The notes: generated from the letters alone by a model not told the origin. Counted from the stretch's first letter, positions 50,317-60,209 are shown. The stretch is 64,000 bases of DNA from an uncultured Chromatiaceae bacterium (GCA_947085765.1 CAMTXZ010000075.1:7810-71809); one strand, 5' to 3'. Numbers and translations are program-made.

Positions 50317-52848
50317 CTATTCCAATTTTAGTGCTTGAGTAAGTTTCTCGACACCGGGGTGGTTTGGGTCTGTATCTATAATGTGGATGAGCGCACTTTC
50401 CGCAGCCTCGCGTGCACCAACATCGGATAGCAGTATGCCGAGTTCAAACATGGTGTCGAGATCGCCTGGAAATTCTTGTAAATAACCGGTATAGGCCACT
50501 ATTGCTTCGTTTATATATCCTGCCAGCGTCAGGAAGCGGGCATAGAAACTTTGGTAGCTCACTCTGCTTTCTGCGAGCAGTTTTAATGCAGGTAGAATTG
50601 TCTGGTAATCCTCATTAGCCAATGAGAAGTTGATAATACGCTCAAGTGCCATCTGTTTTAGATCACTGTTGATCGCTGTATCAATAGAGTAGTAAAGCGT
50701 TTCGGCCATTTTGTAGTTATGCTCCAACTCCGATGTGAGTCCATCTACAAATAACTTTGTCTGTATTGCCAGGGGTTCTATGCGTTTCGATAGCCCTGTG
50801 GTGATGCGCCTTAGTCCGACAGCATCACCTTTGGCATGGTAGGTGATGGCACTTTCGACAATCGATCCAAAGGTGTTGGTAGCTGATATAAGATCCTGAA
50901 AGCTCTGTTCAAAATTTTTGCTATCCGTACTGAGCATGGTATGGAATTGAGAGTGCATCAATTTAATACGTTCTTTTACCTGGGGCGATCTTTTTTTGTA
51001 GGTTTCAGGGTGGCGTTGTTTCCACATGTCAGCGCGGCCATAGACTATATCCTGCCGCCATTGACTGAACAGGGTCTCAAAATCGGGTGATGGGCGCTCC
51101 TCTTCAATGCGGCTGAGGAGGCGATTTTTGGCATCATGGACAACCTCTAACAGAACGGTGGCGCCATGGAGAAATTCTTCATAATAAATTTTTGTTTTGT
51201 TGAAAAGTTCATCGGCTGACCAGTCATCACCAGAATCGGCAGTAATGATCTTAGCAAAACCGACAGAGTTATAGTGCTTCACTGTTTTACTCATCATTTT
51301 AAAACGGATTTCAAGTCTCCTTTCTATTTTTTCCATCTGTTTTTTATATTTTGAGTATTCTGAGGTGTTGACCATCTCCGCCATCTTTGCATTGCAGTTA
51401 AGGGCAATAGCGCTAAGTTTTTTAATCCATCTTAAGTCATTGACGGCCTTGTCGAGTAGTTCGATCATGGTGTTGTAATAATTGCATCTATCTTCACGGC
51501 TATCTTTGTCGAGAAGTGATGAGAGGGTCTGCCAGGCAGATTGGGTAAGTGGCTCATCAATGATAAGTGCATCGGGATGAATGTATTCCACCCCTTCAAT
51601 TTTTGCGGCAGTAATGGCTAGATTGATAATTTTGCAATTATTCTTACTGGCCGCCACGGCCTGCCTTGATATAACCTTGATTGCTTCGTAATAGCCCTTG
51701 TTGGTTTCAGCCTCTACGTCAGCATTGGTAGTCACGGTGTAATCGATCCTCCCCAGCATCGGTCCGGCGGCATACTCAACGGTGCCCTGGGCGTGGGTAT
51801 GGCCAGCAGCGCTGTAGCATAGATCGACACCGGTGAGGACTATTTGCGAGCAGCCAAACTCTTGAGCAATTAGAATGGCGTTGTTAGTGACGGTAGGTGA
51901 TATGGTTTCAATGTTATCAAAATCATCATCGTTCCATGGCAGACGCGGACCGAGGAACAGATTTCGATGTGGCCATTGGCCGAGTAACAGCGGTGTGGTG
52001 TGGCAGCCATTGATGAAGATGGTTTTGTTGCCTAGGTTGAGCATCTCTTTGCTGACGGAGAAACTGACAAATTGTGGATCAATGGAAACGACTATATCGG
52101 GTTCTATTTCGGCCTGGAGCAGCCGTGCAGAGATCCTTGATACCGCAATCAAGATGGCTTCGTTTCGATGTCTTTTAATCCAGGGGATCAGTTCATCAAG
52201 TGATGGACCTGCACCCAGGATGATCGCGCATTTACCTTTTAAGCTGCCACGTAGATCAGCGGCAGGGATGCGGTTTTCTGCCAAATTTGCCAGCTGGCTA
52301 TTAAAGAATATGTGGCTGTCAAACTGTGCTGTGAAGAGCCAAAATATATGGCGTAGCTCTCTGTTAACCGACTGGGTTAGTGCCGGGTAGGCTGGGTGAG
52401 CCGCCTGTTGCGCTGCACATGATCTGACATAACTGATCTTGCCGGAGTAAGTGTAGTTGAGTAGGGCTAGTTCATGTGCGCGCTCGACCCAGTGAGTTGC
52501 ACAGCTGATGGCAACCCTGGTGGCCAGTTCGGTAGAAATAAATTTACTGTCGATGTGGGGGGCGATCTCATCCGGCTCTATAAATAGATAGCGACTACCA
52601 CGTGGCAGACCACGGTCGATAATAAACTGCGGTAACAGGCCGGAATCGCTGCCTACCACAACGTAGAGGGTGTTCTCCTGAAACAGGGCATCGCCAAAAC
52701 GTTTTTGGAATTCAGCGGTAGCACTGGCGGATTCAAAAATGGTGCCCACAAATTCCGTGATGTAACAATCACCAAAACAGTTTTCTGTGGTCGGCAAGGG
52801 AATTATCTCTGCTGTATTGATGTTTGATCCTGGAGACTGTGTGGTCAT
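50317..52848 (-). CDS. Second Maf/DUF115-family protein fused to C-terminal TPR repeats (about 843 aa; start could instead be 52899)
   Basis: DUF115 core CAIILGAGPSLDE...ILIAVSRISARLL...IEPDIVVSIDPQ...VLTGVDLCYS. Tetratricopeptide-like helical repeats at the C-terminus. Markedly AT-richer than its neighbours. Confidence 0.6.
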   Translation of the reverse strand: MTTQSPGSNINTAEIIPLPTTENCFGDCYITEFVGTIFESASATAEFQKRFGDALFQENTLYVVVGSDSGLLPQFIIDRGLPRGSRYLFIEPDEIAPHIDSKFISTELATRVAISCATHWVERAHELALLNYTYSGKISYVRSCAAQQAAHPAYPALTQSVNRELRHIFWLFTAQFDSHIFFNSQLANLAENRIPAADLRGSLKGKCAIILGAGPSLDELIPWIKRHRNEAILIAVSRISARLLQAEIEPDIVVSIDPQFVSFSVSKEMLNLGNKTIFINGCHTTPLLLGQWPHRNLFLGPRLPWNDDDFDNIETISPTVTNNAILIAQEFGCSQIVLTGVDLCYSAAGHTHAQGTVEYAAGPMLGRIDYTVTTNADVEAETNKGYYEAIKVISRQAVAASKNNCKIINLAITAAKIEGVEYIHPDALIIDEPLTQSAWQTLSSLLDKDSREDRCNYYNTMIELLDKAVNDLRWIKKLSAIALNCNAKMAEMVNTSEYSKYKKQMEKIERRLEIRFKMMSKTVKHYNSVGFAKIITADSGDDWSADELFNKTKIYYEEFLHGATVLLEVVHDAKNRLLSRIEEERPSPDFETLFSQWRQDIVYGRADMWKQRHPETYKKRSPQVKERIKLMHSQFHTMLSTDSKNFEQSFQDLISATNTFGSIVESAITYHAKGDAVGLRRITTGLSKRIEPLAIQTKLFVDGLTSELEHNYKMAETLYYSIDTAINSDLKQMALERIINFSLANEDYQTILPALKLLAESRVSYQSFYARFLTLAGYINEAIVAYTGYLQEFPGDLDTMFELGILLSDVGAREAAESALIHIIDTDPNHPGVEKLTQALKLE

Positions 52849-52938
52849 TGACTGGCGGTCCTTTCGCAGTTTGCTTCGATGATGCAGGTTTGGTGCCATC
52901 GAGTTATGACTGAGTACCTCTGAAAAGCCGCATTTGAC

Positions 52939-52966
52939 TAAAGTTAGCTGTTCAAGGGGCCGATAG
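52939..52966 (+). promoter_or_regulatory. Sigma-28 (FliA) promoter of the flagellin gene: TAAAGTTA-N12-GCCGATAG
   Basis: Near-perfect match to TAAAGTTT-N11-GCCGATAA, about 110 bp upstream of the fliC ATG. Confidence 0.7.
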
Positions 52967-53078
52967 ATTCTACGGGAGCGGTAAATATTTCAAATTAGGA
53001 AGTATATCCGCTGAAAGTGAGTGGGCGATGTGACACAACTTTGACACATCGCCTTGAAGTATCGTAGGAGTAGTCATC

Positions 53079-53900
53079 ATGGCACAAGTTGTAAACACTA
53101 ATATCATGTCTCTTAACGCGCAGCGTAACCTGAATAGTACCAATTCAGCGATGCAGACTGCGATTCAGCGCCTCTCTTCTGGTATGCGCATCAACAGCGC
53201 CAAGGATGACGCGGCTGGTTTGGCGATTTCGGAACGTTTTACCGCACAGATCCGCGGTTTGAATCAAGCCTCTCGTAACGGCTCTGATGCCATTTCTTTG
53301 GCACAGACTGCTGAAGGTTCTTTGAAGGAGATAACCACAAACGTACAGCGTATCCGCGAACTGGCGGTACAATCGGTCAACGCCTCAAACAGCACCTCTG
53401 ACCGTACTGCTTTGAACATTGAAGTAACAGAGTTAAAAGCAGAAATTTTACGTATCGTCGGCACCAAGTTCAATGGCAAGGCCATCATCGGCGCCAGCGC
53501 CGCCACCTTCAACTTCCAGATTGGTGCCGACGCGGGCGAGACAGTCGGTATTACAACCACCAACCTTTCAACGGCTGGTACTAGAACAGCCATATCCAAT
53601 CAGACTGTTAATACCGCAGCATCGGCGGCCACTATGATTACAAGGGCGGATGCATTTCTGAGTACACTCAACTTAGAGCGCGCCAAGTTGGGTTCGGTAC
53701 AGAACCGTTTTGACTCAGTAATCCGAAATGTACAAAACTCGGCAGAGAATATATCAGCTGCGCGTAGCCGTATTATGGATGCTGATTTTGCGGTAGAAAC
53801 AGCTGCACTGACTCGTGCCCAGATTCTGCAACAGGCCGGTGTGGCGATGTTGAGTCAGGCAAACTCCATACCTAACAATGTATTAAGTCTTTTGAGATAA
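53079..53900 (+). CDS. fliC: Flagellin (short form, 273 aa)
   Basis: Conserved N-terminal ([19 protein letters not shown]...) and C-terminal (...[16 protein letters not shown]) D0/D1 regions with a very short central segment. Confidence 0.9.
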   Translation: MAQVVNTNIMSLNAQRNLNSTNSAMQTAIQRLSSGMRINSAKDDAAGLAISERFTAQIRGLNQASRNGSDAISLAQTAEGSLKEITTNVQRIRELAVQSVNASNSTSDRTALNIEVTELKAEILRIVGTKFNGKAIIGASAATFNFQIGADAGETVGITTTNLSTAGTRTAISNQTVNTAASAATMITRADAFLSTLNLERAKLGSVQNRFDSVIRNVQNSAENISAARSRIMDADFAVETAALTRAQILQQAGVAMLSQANSIPNNVLSLLR

Positions 53901-53989
53901 GCCACTCCTTAGTTTGGTGAATATTATGAATAACTTGGCCGCAGCAGCGTCTGCGACCAAGTTGGATTAATAAATTAGAGGCCAAAGTT

Positions 53990-54391
53990 ATGGTCAATGA
54001 ATTAACAGGATATACAGCGCCGCGGCAATCTTTCGTACCTGGCGCTTCAGGATCTACCGTATCAGGGAAAGGAGATAATGCGGTAGTACCAGTGAAAAGT
54101 TCAGAAGTGAACGCTCTTGCCACGGCGGGCAAAGATTTGCCGTCCGGTCAACAGCTTGACTCTCAAACCCCTTCAGATGTTGTTGAAGCCGTTCAAAAGA
54201 TGCGTGACCTCATGCAGGTGATTGATCGTGATCTGCACTTTAGTGTTGACGAAGATAGTGGTCTTACAATCGTTAAAGTGATTGATTCGGAAACCAAAGA
54301 GGTTATTCGCCAAATTCCGTCAGAGGATATAATGAGAGTTGTACGATCCCTCGAGAGTGGAGGAGGATTGCTTTCTGACGTAACAGCTTAA
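53990..54391 (+). CDS. flaG: Flagellar protein FlaG
   Basis: 133 aa. C-terminal motif LHFSVDEDSGLTIVKVIDSETKEVIRQIPSE is typical of FlaG. Position between fliC and fliD. Confidence 0.75.
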   Translation: MVNELTGYTAPRQSFVPGASGSTVSGKGDNAVVPVKSSEVNALATAGKDLPSGQQLDSQTPSDVVEAVQKMRDLMQVIDRDLHFSVDEDSGLTIVKVIDSETKEVIRQIPSEDIMRVVRSLESGGGLLSDVTA

Positions 54392-54442
54392 GTATGGCAT
54401 GGAAGGTGCATTTTACTAGATGGGTTTTGAAAGAGGTGAATT

Positions 54443-55795
54443 ATGGCATCAATAACAGCGAGTGGAATTGGTTCAGGATTAGATGTCAATAGTATAGTTT
54501 CTCAGCTCATGAGCTTGGAACGTCGCCCTCTTGATACCCTTAATGCGCTTGGAACCAAGCTTACCTCCCAACTCAGCGCCTATGGCCAGTTGAAAAGCAG
54601 TATTGCTACTTTTCAGTCCGCCATGAAAGAGTTGAGCAGTGCTGATAAATTCCAGGTCTTTTCTGCGGCCTCTTCCAATGTTGATGCCTTTACGGTCACT
54701 GCAAATAAAACAGCCTCCGTGGGTAAATACTCCATGGATGTTCTTGCCCTTGCTCAGACCCATAAAATGACATCCGGTAAGGCAGGATCGGCTAGTTATG
54801 CAAATGAAAATACCTCTACTGGAGCGCTTGGAGTTCTCGAAATAACCCAAGACTTCGGGGGTACCCCAAGAACCTTCCAAATTAATATTGATGGTACCAA
54901 CGATTCGTTGGGTGGTATTAGAGATGCAATTAACAGTTCAGCAACCAATACCGGTGTTAGAGCATCTATTGTCAATACGGGAACCGAGAGTAAGTTGGTT
55001 TTAAGTGCCAATGATACCGGTCTATCAAATGCTATTACCATTGGAGTGGGCACATCGTCATCAGTTTCTGTAGCGCTGGGATTTGAAACTTTAGCAGGTA
55101 ATTCTGCGGCTGATGCCAGTGTGAAGATAGATGGTGTCACCATTACAAATTCAAGCAATGTAATTAGCACGGCATTAAGCGGTGTCGACATTACATTAAA
55201 AAAGACAGGTTCTAATGAAACATTGAACGTTGCCCGAGACACCTCTTCGGTTAATGCCTCTGTGCAGAAGTTTGCTGATGCTTATAATGATGTGCGCAAG
55301 GTAATAAAAACACTCAGTGCCAATAATGCCACCCTTGAAGGAGAGTCTGTTCTTAAAGGGATAGAAAGAAAAATACAGAGTATTTTTAATACCAGCGCTG
55401 TTGGTCTGACAAAGCAGCACGTATCAGAAATAGGGATAAAAACAGATCCAAAAACGGGTGATCTGTCGCTGGATGCTGCTAAACTCAACACCGCATTGGC
55501 CGCTAATTATTCCTCAGTGGCAGAGCTTTTTTCTGATAGCACGCAAGGTTTTGCGGTACGTTTTGAGACCATGGCAAATGATATGATATCTGCAACGGGA
55601 TTGATTGAATCGCGTAAGGAAGGTATCAACTCACGTATTTCAGGCATTGATAAAAATAGATTTTCTATTGAATACAGGCTTGATCTTAAAGAGGCTAGTT
55701 ATCGAGCACAGTTTTCTGCTTTGGATGGCTTGATTTCAAAGCTTCAATCGACAGGAAGCTTTTTGACACAGCAGTTGGCGAGCTTGCCTCGCTAG
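54443..55795 (+). CDS. fliD: Flagellar filament capping protein FliD
   Basis: 450 aa with N- and C-terminal FliD coiled-coil domains. Confidence 0.85.
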   Translation: MASITASGIGSGLDVNSIVSQLMSLERRPLDTLNALGTKLTSQLSAYGQLKSSIATFQSAMKELSSADKFQVFSAASSNVDAFTVTANKTASVGKYSMDVLALAQTHKMTSGKAGSASYANENTSTGALGVLEITQDFGGTPRTFQINIDGTNDSLGGIRDAINSSATNTGVRASIVNTGTESKLVLSANDTGLSNAITIGVGTSSSVSVALGFETLAGNSAADASVKIDGVTITNSSNVISTALSGVDITLKKTGSNETLNVARDTSSVNASVQKFADAYNDVRKVIKTLSANNATLEGESVLKGIERKIQSIFNTSAVGLTKQHVSEIGIKTDPKTGDLSLDAAKLNTALAANYSSVAELFSDSTQGFAVRFETMANDMISATGLIESRKEGINSRISGIDKNRFSIEYRLDLKEASYRAQFSALDGLISKLQSTGSFLTQQLASLPR

Positions 55796-55845
55796 GTTTT
55801 TGATAAGGTGCCTGTTTGCTCCTTGTGTAGACTTTGGAGAGATGT

Positions 55846-56274
55846 ATGAGTTATTCAAGTAGTATGAAGGGCGCGTCACAATATAAGCAGGTTGGTGCTC
55901 AGACGGGAGTGGAATCAGCTACGCCACATCGTTTGATTCAGATGCTTCTTGAAGGGGCCCTTGAAAAGATAAATTTGGCAAAAGGGTATATGCAGCGTAG
56001 TGACATTGCCTTGAAAGGTACCCATATATCATGGGCGATCTCTATTATTGATGGTTTACGTATGAGCCTCGACAAAGAGGCCGGTGGTGAGATTGCAGAA
56101 AATCTTGATGCATTATATGACTATATGGGGAGGCGCTTAGTGGAGGCCAATCTAAATAATGATCCTGTAATTCTGACAGAAGTGACTAGTCTGTTGCTGG
56201 AAATAAAGTCAGCATGGGATGCTATTCCTGGCATTATGAACAAACAAAATTCTACTGCACTCCCGGTGGCGTGA
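55846..56274 (+). CDS. fliS: Flagellin-specific chaperone FliS
   Basis: About 142 aa four-helix FliS sequence. ATG at 55846 with a GGAGAG SD; the TTG-initiated track start at 55834 is less likely. Confidence 0.85.
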   Translation: MSYSSSMKGASQYKQVGAQTGVESATPHRLIQMLLEGALEKINLAKGYMQRSDIALKGTHISWAISIIDGLRMSLDKEAGGEIAENLDALYDYMGRRLVEANLNNDPVILTEVTSLLLEIKSAWDAIPGIMNKQNSTALPVA

Positions 56275-56278
56275 GATT

Positions 56279-56644
56279 GTGTTGAAGTCTGACATCAGAA
56301 AATATGAGGTATCTAGAGACTCTTTGAATAATCTGTTGACTGAAATCTTACGCTTGAGTCAGCAGATGGTTTGTGCTGCACGGAAAGAGCAGTGGGATGC
56401 TGTCATTGAGTTGGAAAACGTGAGAGTTCCGCAGTTTGAATCTCTGACGAAGGTTCTGGATGTGGCGGAAGAGATGCCCGACATGATAGATTTTTATCGT
56501 CAATCCATAATTTCTCTAATCGATATGGATAAAGAGGTTGAGGAATTGGCTGAGTTACAGAAGAGCGTTATTTCACAAGGGGCTAGTGATCTAGGTGGTT
56601 GCCGTAAGGCAGTGAGTGCTTATTTGGATAATGTTACTCCTTAG
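56279..56644 (+). CDS. fliT: Probable flagellar export chaperone FliT
   Basis: 121-aa helical protein immediately after fliS with a FliT-like N-terminal helix. Confidence 0.5.
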   Translation: MLKSDIRKYEVSRDSLNNLLTEILRLSQQMVCAARKEQWDAVIELENVRVPQFESLTKVLDVAEEMPDMIDFYRQSIISLIDMDKEVEELAELQKSVISQGASDLGGCRKAVSAYLDNVTP

Positions 56645-56706
56645 CCTGTTATTTTGTGGGATAACCACTGTATATTCTGTTGCTACTTATGAAAAGGAGT
56701 CTATAG

Positions 56707-57255
56707 GTGTCTGAAATAACAGTAAGTGGTCTTTCTTGTGATTTGAATATCCCTTTTTCCTGGTCTCAGATGAGTGGGGATATGGGGTGTGGTGCCGCAG
56801 TTTTAGCCCAGGAAAATATCAATCGCCTTCAGGTCATCCTCGGCTTGGATGATTACTCTTCCCATGATGTTCATGATGATGAGAAGGGGCTAGCTGCTGA
56901 GATTCAGCGTCTCGATTTTAAAATAAATATTATTCTGGGTCTGGTTGCGCAGCTGGTGACGACGCGTAGCGAACTACCACTGCCGGTTCCTGTCACCCTC
57001 AGTGCTGATATTTTAATTTTTAACTCTTCTGAAAATGTGCCGCCTCAAGGTGCAATGGTGGCTCTGCAACTGTTTCTTGATAAGCGCTATCCCTTCCCTC
57101 TGGTTTTTCACGGCAGAGTCGAGACAGTAGTTCATGCCGCTGGCACAAACGTAATCTTAGAACCGTCCCCGCCCGTCTTTCAGGAACTACTGGAAAAGTA
57201 TATCTTCCGCTGTCATCGTCGCCATATCGCCAGCCTTAAAAAAAACACTGTTTAA
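56707..57255 (+). CDS. Hypothetical protein (182 aa) between fliT and fleQ; possible non-canonical PilZ-like beta-barrel, function unknown
   Basis: Intact ORF between flagellar genes. Canonical PilZ RxxxR and DxSxxG motifs are absent. Confidence 0.4.
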   Translation: MSEITVSGLSCDLNIPFSWSQMSGDMGCGAAVLAQENINRLQVILGLDDYSSHDVHDDEKGLAAEIQRLDFKINIILGLVAQLVTTRSELPLPVPVTLSADILIFNSSENVPPQGAMVALQLFLDKRYPFPLVFHGRVETVVHAAGTNVILEPSPPVFQELLEKYIFRCHRRHIASLKKNTV

Positions 57256-57412
57256 AGCGAATTTTTTCACAAAATACTGCATATAATCCCAATCTGCTAT
57301 TGTCCTGACGACAATTTTTTGACATTATCAGTTTGACGGCTATGTTACTAAAAAGCCAAATTATTTTAATGTCTCCAATGTGGTTTGTTTAAGGAGTATA
57401 TCCAACGTGCCC

Positions 57413-58879
57413 ATGCGTGAATCGGCGGTTTTTCTGATAGATGACAATGACTCCAGACGTCATGAACTTCAAGCCATTCTTGAGTTTATTGATGTACCAA
57501 AAGTGTGGACCTCTGACTGTGAAACATGGGAACGTGAAATCAGCAATATTGATCAGCCGCTCCAGGCTGTCATGGTGGGGGAGTGTAGTTCTTCTGAGCA
57601 GTTGGATGGTCTGTTGCTGGCGCTGAAGAAAAAAGATCCCATCGTACCTATCCTGCTGTTTCGTGAGTGTCAGGCACAGGGACTCTATTCTGACAAGGTG
57701 ACCAGAGAGGCGATCGGTTATCTCGAACATCCGATAAAATACAAACAGATGATCAATGGCCTGCAGCAGGCACAGATCTATCGTGAAAATCGTGAGAGCA
57801 CCCCAACAGGGCGTGGTACTTCGCCCGAGCTGTTTCGCAGTTTGGTGGGCAATAGCCGTAGCATCCGCCAGGTGCGTAAACTTATCGAACAGGTTGCCGT
57901 CTCTGACGCCAATGTGTTGATCCTTGGTGAGTCTGGCACCGGCAAAGAGGTGGTAGCACGTAACCTGCACTATTACTCGACACGTCGCTCGAAGCCATTT
58001 GTACCAATCAATTGCGGCGCCATTCCGGCAGACTTGCTGGAGAGTGAACTCTTTGGTCATGAGAAGGGGGCATTTACTGGCGCCATCAGCGCCCGTCAGG
58101 GGCGCTTCGAGTTGGCCGAAGGTGGGACTCTATTTCTGGATGAGATCGGTGATATGAGTCTGCATATGCAGGTGAAACTCTTGCGTGTATTGCAGGAGCG
58201 TACCTTCGAACGTGTGGGTAGCAATAAAAGCATCACCAGTAATGTCCGTATTGTTGCTGCTACTCATCGTGATCTAGAGCAGGCGATTATCGATGGGCGT
58301 TTCCGTGAGGATCTTTACTATCGTTTAAATGTCTTCCCCATCGAAATGCCGCCGCTACGCGAGCGTATAGAAGATATTCCGCTGCTTGTCAGCGAGTTGA
58401 TTACCCGTCTTGAGTGTGATTCCCGTGGTTCAGTGCGGCTTACCCAAGGCACGATGATGGCGCTGTGTCGTTATAGCTGGCCCGGTAATGTGCGTGAACT
58501 GGCCAATTTGATAGAGCGGTTGGTGATTATGTATCCGCAAGGGGTGGTTGATTTCCAGGATCTGCCCGTCAAGTTCCGGGAACTTACGGAGGAGCTCTCC
58601 CTTGATCCTGCGGCGCTTGAAGTGCCGATCCTGTCGCCAATGGTGATGCGTGAGATACCAGCATTGGAGCCATTGGTCGATGGCATGCCACGGTTGCCGG
58701 CTGAAGGGTTGGATTTGAAGGAGTATCTGGCCGATCTGGAACGTCATTTTATCCAACAGGCGTTGGATGACGCTGATGGCATTGTTGCTCATGCCGCCAA
58801 TCGTCTGCGACTACGGCGCACAACGTTAGTTGAAAAGATGCGTAAATATGGTATGCAACGTACAGAAGAGATGATGTAA
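57413..58879 (+). CDS. fleQ: Sigma-54-dependent flagellar master regulator FleQ/FlrA
   Basis: The N-terminus MRESAVFLIDDN parallels Pseudomonas FleQ. AAA+ sigma-54 activator core with GESGTGKE and the GAFTGA motif. C-terminal HTH. Confidence 0.85.
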   Translation: MRESAVFLIDDNDSRRHELQAILEFIDVPKVWTSDCETWEREISNIDQPLQAVMVGECSSSEQLDGLLLALKKKDPIVPILLFRECQAQGLYSDKVTREAIGYLEHPIKYKQMINGLQQAQIYRENRESTPTGRGTSPELFRSLVGNSRSIRQVRKLIEQVAVSDANVLILGESGTGKEVVARNLHYYSTRRSKPFVPINCGAIPADLLESELFGHEKGAFTGAISARQGRFELAEGGTLFLDEIGDMSLHMQVKLLRVLQERTFERVGSNKSITSNVRIVAATHRDLEQAIIDGRFREDLYYRLNVFPIEMPPLRERIEDIPLLVSELITRLECDSRGSVRLTQGTMMALCRYSWPGNVRELANLIERLVIMYPQGVVDFQDLPVKFRELTEELSLDPAALEVPILSPMVMREIPALEPLVDGMPRLPAEGLDLKEYLADLERHFIQQALDDADGIVAHAANRLRLRRTTLVEKMRKYGMQRTEEMM

Positions 58880-58938
58880 TTTTGACGCTGGTCTTAAAAC
58901 ATTATTTCAAGCTATTGAAATTAATCGATTATAGATAG

Positions 58939-58955
58939 CTGGCCCGCAATTTGCT
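58939..58955 (+). promoter_or_regulatory. Sigma-54 promoter of flrBC/fleSR (CTGGCC-N5-TTGCT)
   Basis: GG and GC are exactly 10 nt apart, 58 bp upstream of the flrB ATG. Confidence 0.55.
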
Positions 58956-58962
58956 GTTTGAC

Positions 58963-58996
58963 TGTGACGGCCCACCGTAGTGGTGGGCGCGTCACA
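58963..58996 (+). other. Strong imperfect inverted repeat (about 14-bp GC-rich stem, tgtgacggcccacc / ggtgggcgcgtcaca) in the flrB 5-prime leader
   Basis: Read directly. It lies between the sigma-54 -12 element and the flrB start codon and has no T-tract, so it is not an intrinsic terminator. Confidence 0.4.
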
Positions 58997-59012
58997 ATCA
59001 GGACGGCGAGAA

Positions 59013-60209
59013 ATGAGTGGCCAGAATGCACATAAAATAGAACATCTCGAAAGCGCCTTTCAGACATTTAATCAGATGTCTGAGCAGCTTATCTCCTCCT
59101 ATCACCTGCTTGAATGCCAGGTTGAACGGCTCAACCGCGATCTCGCTGTAGCCCGTGACGAACGTCTCCAGCAGTTTGATGAGACAACAAAACTTGCCAA
59201 CCGTCTTAAACATCTGCTTAACGCCCTACCTGGTGGAGTGGTGGTGCTGGATGGCATGGGCATGGTCCGTGAAATTAATCCCGCCGCCATTGAGCTGCTC
59301 GGTGAGCCGCTGAAGGGTATTGTCTGGCGGAGTGTCATTCAGCGCGCCTTTGCCCCTCAGTTTGATGATGGTCATGAAGTTTCGTTACGTGATGGTCGGC
59401 GTGTCAGCATCGCAACCAGCTCGCTGGGTGGCGAACCGGGTCAGATACTCCTGATCAAAGATGTCACTGAGACACGCGAATTACAGGAAAAACTGAGCCG
59501 TTATCAACGGCTCTCGGCGATGGGGCAGATGGCGGCCTCGTTAGCCCATCAGATTCGCACACCGACGGCCGCCGCACTGCTCTACCTCTCAACATTGCGC
59601 AGCCATAAAGCCGCTCCCGACGCGGTTGATAAGTACTGCGATAAAGTGCGTGATCAGTTGCGTCATATCGAGGCCATGATCAGTGACATGCTCACCTATG
59701 TGAAAGGTGGTGCAGCGACTCAAGAGAGCCTCTTTCAGCTCGACAGTTTTATTCAAAAACTCTCAGAAGCAGTGCAATCTCAGGCTCAGATCAAGGGGTG
59801 TGAATTGCGATTTCTCAATCAACTACCGCAGCAGCAGATCAGGGGTAACCAGGATGCGCTATTAGGGGCGTTGATCAATCTGATTATGAACGCACTAAAT
59901 GCCAGTCACGGCGTGACGGCACCGCTGATTGAAGTTGTCTTTGGTCGTCATGATGACAGCACGATGCAGATCATGGTGCGTGACAACGGTTGCGGCATTC
60001 CGGATGAGATCAAACAGCATATTTTCGAACCCTTTGTGACCACCCGGCCACAGGGGACCGGCCTTGGATTGGCCGTAGTGAAATCTGTGATCGAAAAATT
60101 TGGTGGTCAAATCACTTTTAGTACAGAACCAGGGAACGGTACTGAGTTCAGGGTAGTGCTGCCACATCTGTTGGGCACAAACGACTCCCCTGAACGGAAC
60201 TTACAATAA
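59013..60209 (+). CDS. flrB: Flagellar two-component sensor histidine kinase FlrB/FleS
   Basis: PAS-like region, HisKA H-box (LAHQIRTPTAAA) and a HATPase_c domain. Confidence 0.8.
   Translation: MSGQNAHKIEHLESAFQTFNQMSEQLISSYHLLECQVERLNRDLAVARDERLQQFDETTKLANRLKHLLNALPGGVVVLDGMGMVREINPAAIELLGEPLKGIVWRSVIQRAFAPQFDDGHEVSLRDGRRVSIATSSLGGEPGQILLIKDVTETRELQEKLSRYQRLSAMGQMAASLAHQIRTPTAAALLYLSTLRSHKAAPDAVDKYCDKVRDQLRHIEAMISDMLTYVKGGAATQESLFQLDSFIQKLSEAVQSQAQIKGCELRFLNQLPQQQIRGNQDALLGALINLIMNALNASHGVTAPLIEVVFGRHDDSTMQIMVRDNGCGIPDEIKQHIFEPFVTTRPQGTGLGLAVVKSVIEKFGGQITFSTEPGNGTEFRVVLPHLLGTNDSPERNLQ

Noticed and set aside
56707-57255. Calling the 182-aa protein a second PilZ-domain c-di-GMP receptor
   Set aside because: No RxxxR or D/NxSxxG motif could be identified, so it is left as hypothetical
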